The translations under genes and the position numbers were made by a program. A stretch of DNA of 12,911 nt from the NCBI GenBank assembly GCA_041492755.1, contig JBGPXN010000131.1, forward strand, positions 1 to 12,911, in the 5' to 3' direction. Below, piece after piece: positions 5,966 through 12,911 of the stretch. The notes beneath the pieces were generated by a model. It saw nothing but the letters and a program-made list of their open reading frames with translations, did no database searches and was not told the DNA's origin. This DNA is from Candidatus Methylomirabilia bacterium. GTDB lineage: Bacteria; Methylomirabilota; Methylomirabilia; Rokubacteriales; CSP1-6. Positions within the stretch are counted from its first letter, which is position 1, and every line of letters begins with the position of its first letter.

Positions 5966-7165
5966 ATGATCGTCCGGGTCATCGCCGTATTGGCCGCGCT
6001 CGTCATGCTCACCACCTGGGCCGAAGCCCAGGAGGTGAAGGTCGGCGTCAACCTGCCGTACACCGGCATCGGCGCCGAGTTCGCCCAGCTCGTCGACCGT
6101 GGGATGGAGCTTTACCTCAAGCTCAACGCCGACAAGGTGAAGCCCTACAAGATCACGCTGATCAAGCGCGACGTGAAGGATCCGGGCGGCGCCAACGCCA
6201 AGATCGCCGTCCAGGAATTGCTCACCCAGGAGAACGTCGACATCCTCGCGGGCTGGATCTACTCCCCGAACGCGATCGCGTCGGCCCCGATCGTGACGGC
6301 GGGCAAGAAGCTCGGCGTGATCATGAACGCGGGCACGGCGCACATCACCAACATGTCGCCGTACTACGTCCGGACTTCGTTCAGCATGTGGCATGCCGGC
6401 TACGCCATGGGCGAAGCGGCGGCCAAGATCCTCAAGGCGAAGACCGCGGTGGTCGGCTACACGGACTTTCCGCCCGGCAAGGACAGCCTGGCCGCCTTCA
6501 AGCGCGGCTTCGAAGGCAACGGCGGCAAGGTGATCGACGAGATCCCGATGGGCGGCGCCGGCGCGGTCCCCGACTTCACGCCCTTCTTCCAGCGCGCCAA
6601 GGACAAGAAGCCGGACGTCTTCTTCGTCTTCGTCCCGGCCGGCGACCACGCCGCCGCGGTGGTCAAGACCTACGCCGCCCTCGCCATGCGGGACGCCGGC
6701 ATCAAGCTGATCGGCCCGGGCGACATCACCCAGGACACCAAGCTCCAGGCCATGGGGCCGGCGGCGGTCGGCCTCGTCACCATGCACCACTACCACGCCG
6801 ATCTCGACAACCCCGAGAACCAGCGCTTCGTCGCGGCCTGGAAGAAGGAGTATGGCGCCAATACCACGCCCGACTTCATGGCTGTCGGCGGGTACGACGG
6901 GATGGCCGCGATCGTGCACGTGGTCCAGGCCCTCAAGGGCAAGATCGAGACCGCCGGGGCGCTGGAGGCGCTGAAGGGCTGGACGTTCAACAGCCCGCGC
7001 GGGCCCATCATGATCGATCCCGTCACCCGGGACATCGTCATGAACGAATATCTGTCCGAGGCGGTGATGAAGGACGGCCGCGTCTTCCAGAAGGTGATCG
7101 GCAAGATCGACGCCGTGAAGGACGCCTGCAAGGAGCAGAAGATCGGGCCGTGCGCCCCGAAGTGA
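5966..7165 (+). CDS. ABC transporter substrate-binding protein, LivJ/K-like (Peripla_BP_6 type), 399 aa
   Basis: RBS GGAGGG at 5952-5957, then ATG 5966. Sec signal peptide ending AEA-Q, followed by VKVGVNLPYTG, ENQRFVAAW, VGGYDG and SPRGPI. First gene of a Liv-type operon. Confidence 0.93.
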   Translation: MIVRVIAVLAALVMLTTWAEAQEVKVGVNLPYTGIGAEFAQLVDRGMELYLKLNADKVKPYKITLIKRDVKDPGGANAKIAVQELLTQENVDILAGWIYSPNAIASAPIVTAGKKLGVIMNAGTAHITNMSPYYVRTSFSMWHAGYAMGEAAAKILKAKTAVVGYTDFPPGKDSLAAFKRGFEGNGGKVIDEIPMGGAGAVPDFTPFFQRAKDKKPDVFFVFVPAGDHAAAVVKTYAALAMRDAGIKLIGPGDITQDTKLQAMGPAAVGLVTMHHYHADLDNPENQRFVAAWKKEYGANTTPDFMAVGGYDGMAAIVHVVQALKGKIETAGALEALKGWTFNSPRGPIMIDPVTRDIVMNEYLSEAVMKDGRVFQKVIGKIDAVKDACKEQKIGPCAPK

Positions 7166-7195
7166 GCTGAGTCCGCTCCTGCGGCCGCCCGCCTC

Positions 7196-8071
7196 GTGAT
7201 CTTCGGCAGCGACGTCGCCAGCATGCTCCTGGGCGGAGTGGCCGCGGGCATGGTGCTGTTCATCGTGTCCGTGGGTCTTTCCGTCACCATGGGCTTGATG
7301 GGCTTCGTCAACCTCGCCCATGGCGGCTTCGCCATGCTCGGGGGCTACGCCATCGTCCTGGCCATGAAGCACGGGGGGCTCGGGTTCGTCCCCGCGCTCG
7401 CCTTCGGATTCCTGGCCACGGCCGCGGTGAGCGTGGTGTTGGAGCGTTTGCTCTACGCCCGGCTCTACGGGGCGGCCGAGCTGGACCAGGTGCTCTTCAC
7501 CATCGGCCTGGTCTTCGTCATGATCGCCTCGGTGACGCTGCTGTTCGGGCCCGAGACCCGGCCGCTCCCGCTGCCCCCGATGCTGCAGGGCCAGCTCGAT
7601 CTCGGGATCGTCGTGTATCGAACCTACAGCGTCGTGCTCATCGTGGTCGGGATCGTGATCGTGGTCGGCCTCTGGCTCGGCTTCGAGCGCACGCGCATGG
7701 GCGCGCAGATCCGCGCCGCCGTCGACAACCGGCGCATGGCCGAATCGCTCGGGATCAACATCGGTCGCCTGTTCACCGTCACCTTCGCGTTCGGGAGCGG
7801 CATGGCGGCCCTGGGGGGCGGGCTCGGCGCCGAGTTCCTCGGCCTCGACCCGCAGTACGCGCTGAAGTACCTGGTGTATTTCCTGATCGTGGTCGCCGTC
7901 GGCGGCCTCGGGCGCGTGACGGGCGTGTTCTGCGCCGCGCTCCTGATCGGCGTGCTCGACTTCGTGCTCAAGAAGTACGTGCCGCAGGGTGGCACGCTGT
8001 TCATCTACGCCCTCACCATCCTGTTACTGCTGTGGCGGCCCCAGGGCCTCTTCGGCGGCAAGGCGACGTGA
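7196..8071 (+). CDS. Branched-chain amino acid-type ABC permease (LivH-like)
   Basis: GLSVTMGLMGFVNLAHGGFAMLGGY, RTRMGAQIRAAVDN and LIVVAVGGLG; hydrophobic throughout. The start could be ATG 7223. Confidence 0.92.
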   Translation: MIFGSDVASMLLGGVAAGMVLFIVSVGLSVTMGLMGFVNLAHGGFAMLGGYAIVLAMKHGGLGFVPALAFGFLATAAVSVVLERLLYARLYGAAELDQVLFTIGLVFVMIASVTLLFGPETRPLPLPPMLQGQLDLGIVVYRTYSVVLIVVGIVIVVGLWLGFERTRMGAQIRAAVDNRRMAESLGINIGRLFTVTFAFGSGMAALGGGLGAEFLGLDPQYALKYLVYFLIVVAVGGLGRVTGVFCAALLIGVLDFVLKKYVPQGGTLFIYALTILLLLWRPQGLFGGKAT

Positions 8072-9081
8072 CCCCGCCCGCGCCCGGCGTGGCCGTCCAT
8101 CCGGCGGCGCTCGCCCTGGCCCGACGCCACCGGCTGCGGGCGTGGGAGCCGATCCCCTGGATCCTGGCGCTGGCGTTCTACTTCGCCTTCCCGAAGCATC
8201 TCGGCTTCGGCACCGAGGTCCTGGTCACGATCCTCTTCGCGATCTCGCTCGACCTCGTGCTCGGGTACGCCGGGATCGTGACCCTCGGCCATGCCGCCTT
8301 CTTCGGCGTCGGCGCCTACACGGTGGGGATACTGGCCAAGCACGGAATCTGGAACGAGCCCGTCACGGGCCTGCTCCTGGCGGCGCTGGTGGCGGCGGTC
8401 GTCGGTCTCGGCTCGGGGCTGGTGCTGCTGCGCACCCAGGGCCTGACCCTGCTCATGCTGACCCTGTGCACCATGGCGCTGCTCGAGGAGGCGGCCAACC
8501 TGGGCCACGCATACACCGGGGGCTTCGACGGCCTCGACAGCCTGCCGATTGCTCCGCTGCTCGGCGTGCTCGAGTTCAATCCGCTGTACCCGACGACGCA
8601 GTATCTCTACGTCCTCGCCGTGCTCTTCCTCTGCTTCGTCCTCGTGCGCACGGTCGTCTATTCGCCCTTCGGCCAGAGCCTGAGGGGGATCCGCGAGAAC
8701 ATGCTGCGCATGCACGCGGTCGGCGCGCCCGTGCGCGCGCGGCTCGTCACCTGCTACACGCTGTCGGCGGCGATCGCCGGCATCGCCGGCGGCATCTGGG
8801 CGCAGGCCAACGCCTACGTCAACCTGGGCACGCTCGGCCTGGACCGCGCGGCCACGGTGCTCATCATCCTCGTGCTGGGCGGCCACGGCCGTCTCTACGG
8901 CGCCTTCGTCGGCGCCGCCGCCTACATGGCCATCTCGCACTTCCTGTCGAAGATCTACCCGACGGCCTGGCAGCTCGGGCTGGGGCTCCTGCTCGTCGTC
9001 ATCGCGCTCTTCGCGCGGAACGGGATCCTCGGTCTCGGCGAGGCGGCGTGGCGGGCGGTCGGACGGCGGGGGGCAGCGTGA
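8068..9081 (+). CDS. Branched-chain amino acid-type ABC permease (LivM-like)
   Basis: GTG 8068 overlaps the previous TGA. SLDLVLGYAGIVTLGHAAFFGVGAY, TGGFDGL, SPFGQSLRGIREN and LVLGG..RLYGAFVGA are present. Confidence 0.92.
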   Translation: MTPPAPGVAVHPAALALARRHRLRAWEPIPWILALAFYFAFPKHLGFGTEVLVTILFAISLDLVLGYAGIVTLGHAAFFGVGAYTVGILAKHGIWNEPVTGLLLAALVAAVVGLGSGLVLLRTQGLTLLMLTLCTMALLEEAANLGHAYTGGFDGLDSLPIAPLLGVLEFNPLYPTTQYLYVLAVLFLCFVLVRTVVYSPFGQSLRGIRENMLRMHAVGAPVRARLVTCYTLSAAIAGIAGGIWAQANAYVNLGTLGLDRAATVLIILVLGGHGRLYGAFVGAAAYMAISHFLSKIYPTAWQLGLGLLLVVIALFARNGILGLGEAAWRAVGRRGAA

Positions 9082-9833
9082 GCGCGTCCCTGCTCGAGAC
9101 CCGCGGTCTCTGCCGCAACTTCGGCGCCCTGGCCGCTGCCCGCGACATCAACTTCCGGCTCGAGGCCGGCGCCCGCCACGCGCTGATCGGACCCAACGGC
9201 GCCGGCAAGACCACGTTCGTCAATTTGCTGACCGGCGTCATCCAGCCCACCTCGGGCACGGTGCTGCTGAAGGGGCGCGACATCACGGGGGTCGTCCAGG
9301 CCGAGCGGGTCAAGCTCGGCATCGCCCGCACGTTCCAGATCAACCGGCTGTTTCGCCGGCTGTCGGTGCTGGAGAACGTCTACGTCGCGGTGGCCGAGCG
9401 GGTGGGGGCGGCCCCGTCCATGCTCCGGCCGGCCGGGAAGCGCCGGGACGTGGTCGAGGAGTCGATGCACCTGCTCGAGATCTTGAAGATGACGGACGAC
9501 GCGAGCCGCCGCGTCTCCGAGCTGTCCTACGGCCGCCAGCGCCTCGTCGAGCTCGCCATCGCGCTCGGCTTGCGGCCCGAGGTGCTGCTGCTCGACGAGC
9601 CCGCGGCCGGGGTCCCCAGCGCCGAGAGCCACATCATCCTCGACGCAATCGACGGCCTGCCCCGGCACATCGGCGTGCTCATCATCGACCACGACATGGA
9701 CGTCGTGTTCCGGTTCGCGGAGCGGATCACCGTGATGGTGAGCGGCTCCGTCTTCGCCAGCGGGAGCCCCGGGGAGATCGCCGCCGATCCCGACGTCCGC
9801 GCCGTCTATCTCGGCGGCGCCGGCCATGCCTAG
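9078..9833 (+). CDS. ABC transporter ATP-binding protein (LivG-like)
   Basis: GTG 9078 overlaps the previous TGA. Walker A GPNGAGKTT, GIARTFQ, LSYGRQR, Walker B LLLDEPAAG and VRAVYLG are present. Confidence 0.93.
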   Translation: MSASLLETRGLCRNFGALAAARDINFRLEAGARHALIGPNGAGKTTFVNLLTGVIQPTSGTVLLKGRDITGVVQAERVKLGIARTFQINRLFRRLSVLENVYVAVAERVGAAPSMLRPAGKRRDVVEESMHLLEILKMTDDASRRVSELSYGRQRLVELAIALGLRPEVLLLDEPAAGVPSAESHIILDAIDGLPRHIGVLIIDHDMDVVFRFAERITVMVSGSVFASGSPGEIAADPDVRAVYLGGAGHA

Positions 9834-10530
9834 CGCGCTCGAGCTGCGGCACGTCTCGGCGGGCTATGGCGAGACCGCCGTGCTCGAAGACGTCAACCTC
9901 GTCCTGGCGCCGGGCGAGAGCATCAGCGTGATCGGCCGCAACGGCGTCGGCAAGACCACGCTGCTGGCGACGGTGATGGGCCACACCACCCTGCACGGCG
10001 GCGAGGTGCTGCTCGGGGGACGGCGGCTCAACCGCGTCCCCGTCTTCCGCCGCGCGCTCGATGGCCTCGGCTTCGTTCCCCAGGAGCGCGAGATCTTCCC
10101 GTCGCTCAGCGTGCGCGAGAATCTCGAGGTCGGGGCCCGGCCGGGGCCCTGGACCCCGGCGCGGGTGTTCGAGCTGTTCCCCAATCTGCAAGCGCGGCTC
10201 TTGAACATGGGCAACCAGCTCTCGGGCGGCGAGCAGCAGATGCTGTCGATCGCGCGCGCGCTCCTCACCAACCCCTCCGTGCTGCTCATGGACGAGCCGA
10301 CCGAGGGCCTGGCGCCGGTGATCGTCGAAGCCCTCACCCGCGTGCTGCTGCGGCTGCGCGCGGAGGGCGCGCTCTCGATCGTGCTCGTCGAGCAGAACAG
10401 CCGCGTGGCCCTCACCTTTGCCGCGCGCACCATCGTCATGGACAAGGGCCGCATCGTCTACGACGGCGAGTCGGCCGCGCTCCACGCCGATCCCGAGCGC
10501 CTGGCCCAGCTCATCGGCGTCGCCGGGTAG
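9826..10530 (+). CDS. ABC transporter ATP-binding protein (LivF-like)
   Basis: Walker A GRNGVGKTT, VPQEREIFPSLSVRENL, LSGGEQQML, LMDEPTEGLAP and LVEQN are present; 8-nt overlap with the previous gene. Confidence 0.93.
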   Translation: MPSALELRHVSAGYGETAVLEDVNLVLAPGESISVIGRNGVGKTTLLATVMGHTTLHGGEVLLGGRRLNRVPVFRRALDGLGFVPQEREIFPSLSVRENLEVGARPGPWTPARVFELFPNLQARLLNMGNQLSGGEQQMLSIARALLTNPSVLLMDEPTEGLAPVIVEALTRVLLRLRAEGALSIVLVEQNSRVALTFAARTIVMDKGRIVYDGESAALHADPERLAQLIGVAG

Positions 10531-10542
10531 TCCACTCGTGGC

Positions 10543-11033
10543 ATGGACGCTGCGGTCACCCGACTCGACCGGCGCCTTCGCGCCCGCGACCTCGACCACC
10601 TGCCGCATGAATGGGACACGCGCTACGAGCTGATCGCCGGAGTGCTCCATATGTCCCGGCGACCGTCATTCGAGCACCAGGCCTTTCTCGCGCGTCTCAT
10701 GATCCGCATCGGCCCGGCGGTGCTGGACGCGGGGGGACACGTCGTCCAGGAGCCCGGGCTCGTGTGGGACGACGCCGCTGCCCCGAGATCGTCGTCGAGG
10801 TCATGTCCGGCGGTGACGCCGATCGGCAGCGTGACCTCGTGGAGAAGCGAGATCTCTACCTTCGCCGCGGCGCCCTGGAGTACTGGATCGCCGACCTCTC
10901 CGCGCGCGGATTGCTCCGGCTCGTCCGCGTGAACGACGCATGGCGGGAGGAGCGTCTGGGCCCGTCCGATCACCTTTCGACTCCGCTCCTGGCGCGGTGG
11001 ACCGGCGTCATCCTGAGCGATCTGCTGGATTAA
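10543..11033 (+). pseudogene. Uma2-family PD-(D/E)xK endonuclease with an internal deletion and frameshift near 10773
   Basis: The first frame gives DLDHLP...RYELIAGVLHMS..PSFEHQ...EPGLVWDD. A second frame continues RRCPEIVVEVMSGG...RDLVEKRDLY...GALEYWIAD...LSTPLL. The PD-containing strand expected between them is absent. Confidence 0.85.
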
Positions 11034-11083
11034 CCCCGAAGCCTTCTCAGCCGCGCGCGCCGGATCTCCTCACTCGGCCTCGT
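11030..11083 (-). pseudogene. Probable N-terminal stub of the HEPN toxin partner of the MNT
   Basis: An overlapping frame at the MNT 3' end reads ACG-RPSEEIRR..., resembling MRPxEExRR-type N-termini of MNT-linked HEPN proteins. ACG stands where ATG is expected, and the frame ends after 17 codons. Very short. Confidence 0.4.
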
Positions 11084-11423
11084 AGAGCGGCACTCCTTCC
11101 TTTGCCGCCGGATAGGCGAGCCCGCCGATGACCCCTCTGGTCTCTTCGAACTCCTCCTCGCTCATCACCCAGGGCTCCGCTACTCCGCCGCAACCGATGA
11201 GCAGCCCGTACAGCCGCACGAGCGTGGCGTGCCGCTCGGCCGGTGCGAGCTCGTCGAGCACGACGAGCACGTCGTAGTCGCTATCGGCCAGCGCGTCGCC
11301 ACGTGCGCGCGAGCCGAACAGGATGATCCGGCGCACGCGCGCGCCGAACGCCTGGAGGATGCGCTCGCGCAGTTGCTCGGCCACTGGCGTGTCGTATCCG
11401 TACGCGCCCTCAGGCTCGCGCAC
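11070..11423 (-). CDS. Minimal nucleotidyltransferase domain protein (MNT, HEPN-MNT antitoxin type)
   Basis: IILFGSRARGDALADSDYDVLVV is the GS-x10-DxD polymerase-beta motif, and the C-terminus is ...AAKEGVPLYE. Start uncertain: GTG 11423 (GGAAGG upstream) or GTG 11384. Confidence 0.88.
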   Translation of the reverse strand: MREPEGAYGYDTPVAEQLRERILQAFGARVRRIILFGSRARGDALADSDYDVLVVLDELAPAERHATLVRLYGLLIGCGGVAEPWVMSEEEFEETRGVIGGLAYPAAKEGVPLYEAE

Positions 11424-11454
11424 GAAGCACCTTCCGGGAGGCGCGGCTCCGCGC

Positions 11455-11571
11455 CAGGCGGGCCTCGTCCTCAGCGATCTCCTGGCGATACCGCTTGGCC
11501 TTGACCTCGACGATGAGCACGCGGTCAGCGCCGGGGCGGGCGCCGCGCTTGCGGATGACGAAGTCCGGCGT
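11455..11571 (-). pseudogene. PD-(D/E)xK nuclease fragment (type III restriction Res C-terminal / TnsA-N-like)
   Basis: Manual translation TPDFVIRKRGARPGADRVLIVEVKAKRYRQEIAEDEARL shows the PDF...hhhEhK catalytic signature (PDF 11568-11560, EVK 11508-11500). No start codon. Confidence 0.65.
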
Positions 11572-11598
11572 ACCGGCCAGTGGCGCCCGTCTGCGGAT

Positions 11599-12717
11599 CT
11601 ACCGATCGATCCGGAGCGCGGCGATTCGGTCCATATCGAGGTCCACCCCGAGGCCAGGGCCGGTGGGCACGGCAATTTCCCCGTTCTCGGGGACGATGGG
11701 GTTCGTGACGATGTCGGTGGCCAGCGCCCCGGTGACGCCGACGGCGAAGACGCCTTCCATGAGGGGCGCGGGCCACGCGCCGCAGATCTGCGCCACCGCC
11801 GCGGTGGCGACGCTCGTGCTCGGATGATTGCCGGGGTAGATGCGCATGCCAGCCGCCGCGGCCAGGTGCCAGAGCCGGAGGACACGGTAGATGCCGCCGT
11901 TCTTGGCGATCTTGGTCTGCACCACGGTGGCCGCGCGCTGGCGGATGACCTCGAGCAACGAGTGTTCGGTCGACACCGATTCGTCGACCATGATCGGGAT
12001 CGCGGTCGCCCGACTCAGGGCCGCCAACCCGGCCAGGTCCCACATGGCGATCGGTTGCTCGGCGGCGTCGATGTCGTACGGCGCCAGCCGCTCGAGGAGC
12101 CGGAGCGCCGCATCGTAGGACAGGGCCCCGTTCGCATCGACTCGTAGAACGATCCGGTCGTCGAAGTGTTTTCTGAGCGCCACCACGTTCCTGACGTCGG
12201 CCGCCGGGTCGACCCCGATCTTCAACCCGAAGTGGCGGAAGCCGCGCTCGTAGAGCGCCTGCGCGGAATCGATCAGCTCCTCCACGCTCGGCTTCATCGA
12301 GAGGATCGCGCCGACCCGGATACGGCTCCGGCACTCGCCCCCGAGCAGGACGTGCACGGGAACGCCGAGCGCCCGGCCCGCGACGTCGTACAGCGCGTCG
12401 CCGATGGCGGCTTGCGCGTACAGCGTGTTGTACATCGCGTCGTTCAGGGCCTGGAGCGTTCCGGCAACGTCGAATGGCGAGCGCCCAAGCATGATGGGCT
12501 CGAAGTGGTCTTCGATCGTGCGGACCAGGTTGACGAGCGTCTCCGAGCTGCCTTGCCGCCGCCAGGCTTGCGTCTCGCCCACGCCGACGAACCCCTCGTC
12601 GGTGTGGACGCGCACGATGAGGACGTCGAGCGTTTCGCGCGCCGCACCCTGCGAAATCTTGAAGGGCGACGCAAAGGGAAGACGGAGCGGAATCGGCTCT
12701 ACCCTCGTGATCTTCAC
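11599..12717 (-). CDS. Enolase-superfamily enzyme, muconate cycloisomerase (MLE)-like subgroup; substrate unknown
   Basis: MKITRVEPIPLRLP, G.VGVGE, ALYDVAGRALGVPVHVLLGG, metal ligands in RVDANG, EQP and DES, KIAKNGG and VPTGPGLGV are present. SD GGGGAGG lies 6 nt above GTG 12717, favoured over TTG 12723. Confidence 0.92.
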   Translation of the reverse strand: MKITRVEPIPLRLPFASPFKISQGAARETLDVLIVRVHTDEGFVGVGETQAWRRQGSSETLVNLVRTIEDHFEPIMLGRSPFDVAGTLQALNDAMYNTLYAQAAIGDALYDVAGRALGVPVHVLLGGECRSRIRVGAILSMKPSVEELIDSAQALYERGFRHFGLKIGVDPAADVRNVVALRKHFDDRIVLRVDANGALSYDAALRLLERLAPYDIDAAEQPIAMWDLAGLAALSRATAIPIMVDESVSTEHSLLEVIRQRAATVVQTKIAKNGGIYRVLRLWHLAAAAGMRIYPGNHPSTSVATAAVAQICGAWPAPLMEGVFAVGVTGALATDIVTNPIVPENGEIAVPTGPGLGVDLDMDRIAALRIDR

Positions 12718-12763
12718 CGACAACCTCCCCTCAGAGGGTGTGACGGAATTCGAGGCGCCCCCC

Positions 12764-12911
12764 GGCTCCGCCGCGGCGCTCCGAGCGTGGGGCGCGTCCG
12801 AGCGGTGGGGGGGTATGGGGGGCCATATCGGGGCCCCGAGCCAGCGAACCGCAATCGAGGAGCGCCACGGCTACGCCGGGGCGCTTCCGAGCGTGGGGGG
12901 GTATGGGGGGC
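12764..12911. repeat. G-rich REP-like intergenic repeat cluster, truncated by the window's right edge
   Basis: TCCGAGCG(G)T-G7-TAT-G6-C occurs at 12797-12823 and 12886-12911. GGCT(C/A)CGCCG(C/G)GGCGCT(T)CCGAGCGTGGGG occurs at 12764-12792 and from 12869. A GGGGCC...GGCCCC hairpin spans 12819-12837. Confidence 0.7.

Noticed and set aside
5897..7372. 491-aa minus-strand ORF and other long antisense ORFs over the ABC operon
   Set aside because: Mirror frames of strongly codon-biased real genes, with no recognisable domains.
7989..9833. 614-aa ORF as an ATPase with a long N-terminal fusion
   Set aside because: The first 363 codons overlap the permeases out of frame and are low-complexity Arg/Pro/Gly; the real start is GTG 9078, coupled to the LivM-like stop.
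5966..10530. Assigning livKHMGF symbols and branched-chain amino acid specificity
   Set aside because: The family is clear but the substrate and orthology cannot be read from the sequence.
11070..11885. 271-aa ORF as an extended nucleotidyltransferase
   Set aside because: The N-terminal ~150 codons overlap the MLE gene and nuclease remnant out of frame; only the last ~105-118 codons are MNT-like.
11599..12723. Gene symbol catB (muconate cycloisomerase)
   Set aside because: The KxK and strand 7/8 motifs deviate and no catechol-pathway genes are visible in the window.

Overview
GC-rich bacterial DNA. The gene content and terminal G-rich repeat suggest a soil lineage such as Candidatus Rokubacteria (inference only). 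Intact genes: the 3' end of a metallo-beta-lactamase-fold hydrolase, a ChpI/MazE-like RHH antitoxin, a GNAT acetyltransferase, an LLM-class (probably F420-dependent) oxidoreductase, an orphan repeat-rich coiled-coil protein, a stand-alone xanthine-dehydrogenase-family molybdopterin large subunit (non-canonical AYRSSGR loop) divergent from a complete five-gene Liv-type ABC importer, a minimal nucleotidyltransferase (MNT) and an MLE-subgroup enolase-superfamily enzyme. Outside the molybdoenzyme/ABC core, most spacers are made of gene debris that the ORF track largely misses: a 25-codon mazF stub fused to a broken PH-domain gene, a membrane-protein tail, an enolase-family fragment, an ABC substrate-binding tail, an internally deleted Uma2 nuclease, a HEPN-like stub and a PD-(D/E)xK nuclease fragment. 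All four toxin/nuclease genes are broken while both antitoxins are intact. Two likely leaderless sigma70 promoters and a divergent promoter pair that may share one -35 hexamer are visible. I find no CRISPR array, tRNA/rRNA or transposase, and I cannot demonstrate a novel system from sequence alone. The best candidates are the orphan molybdoenzyme/ABC unit, the coiled-coil protein and the selective toxin loss.
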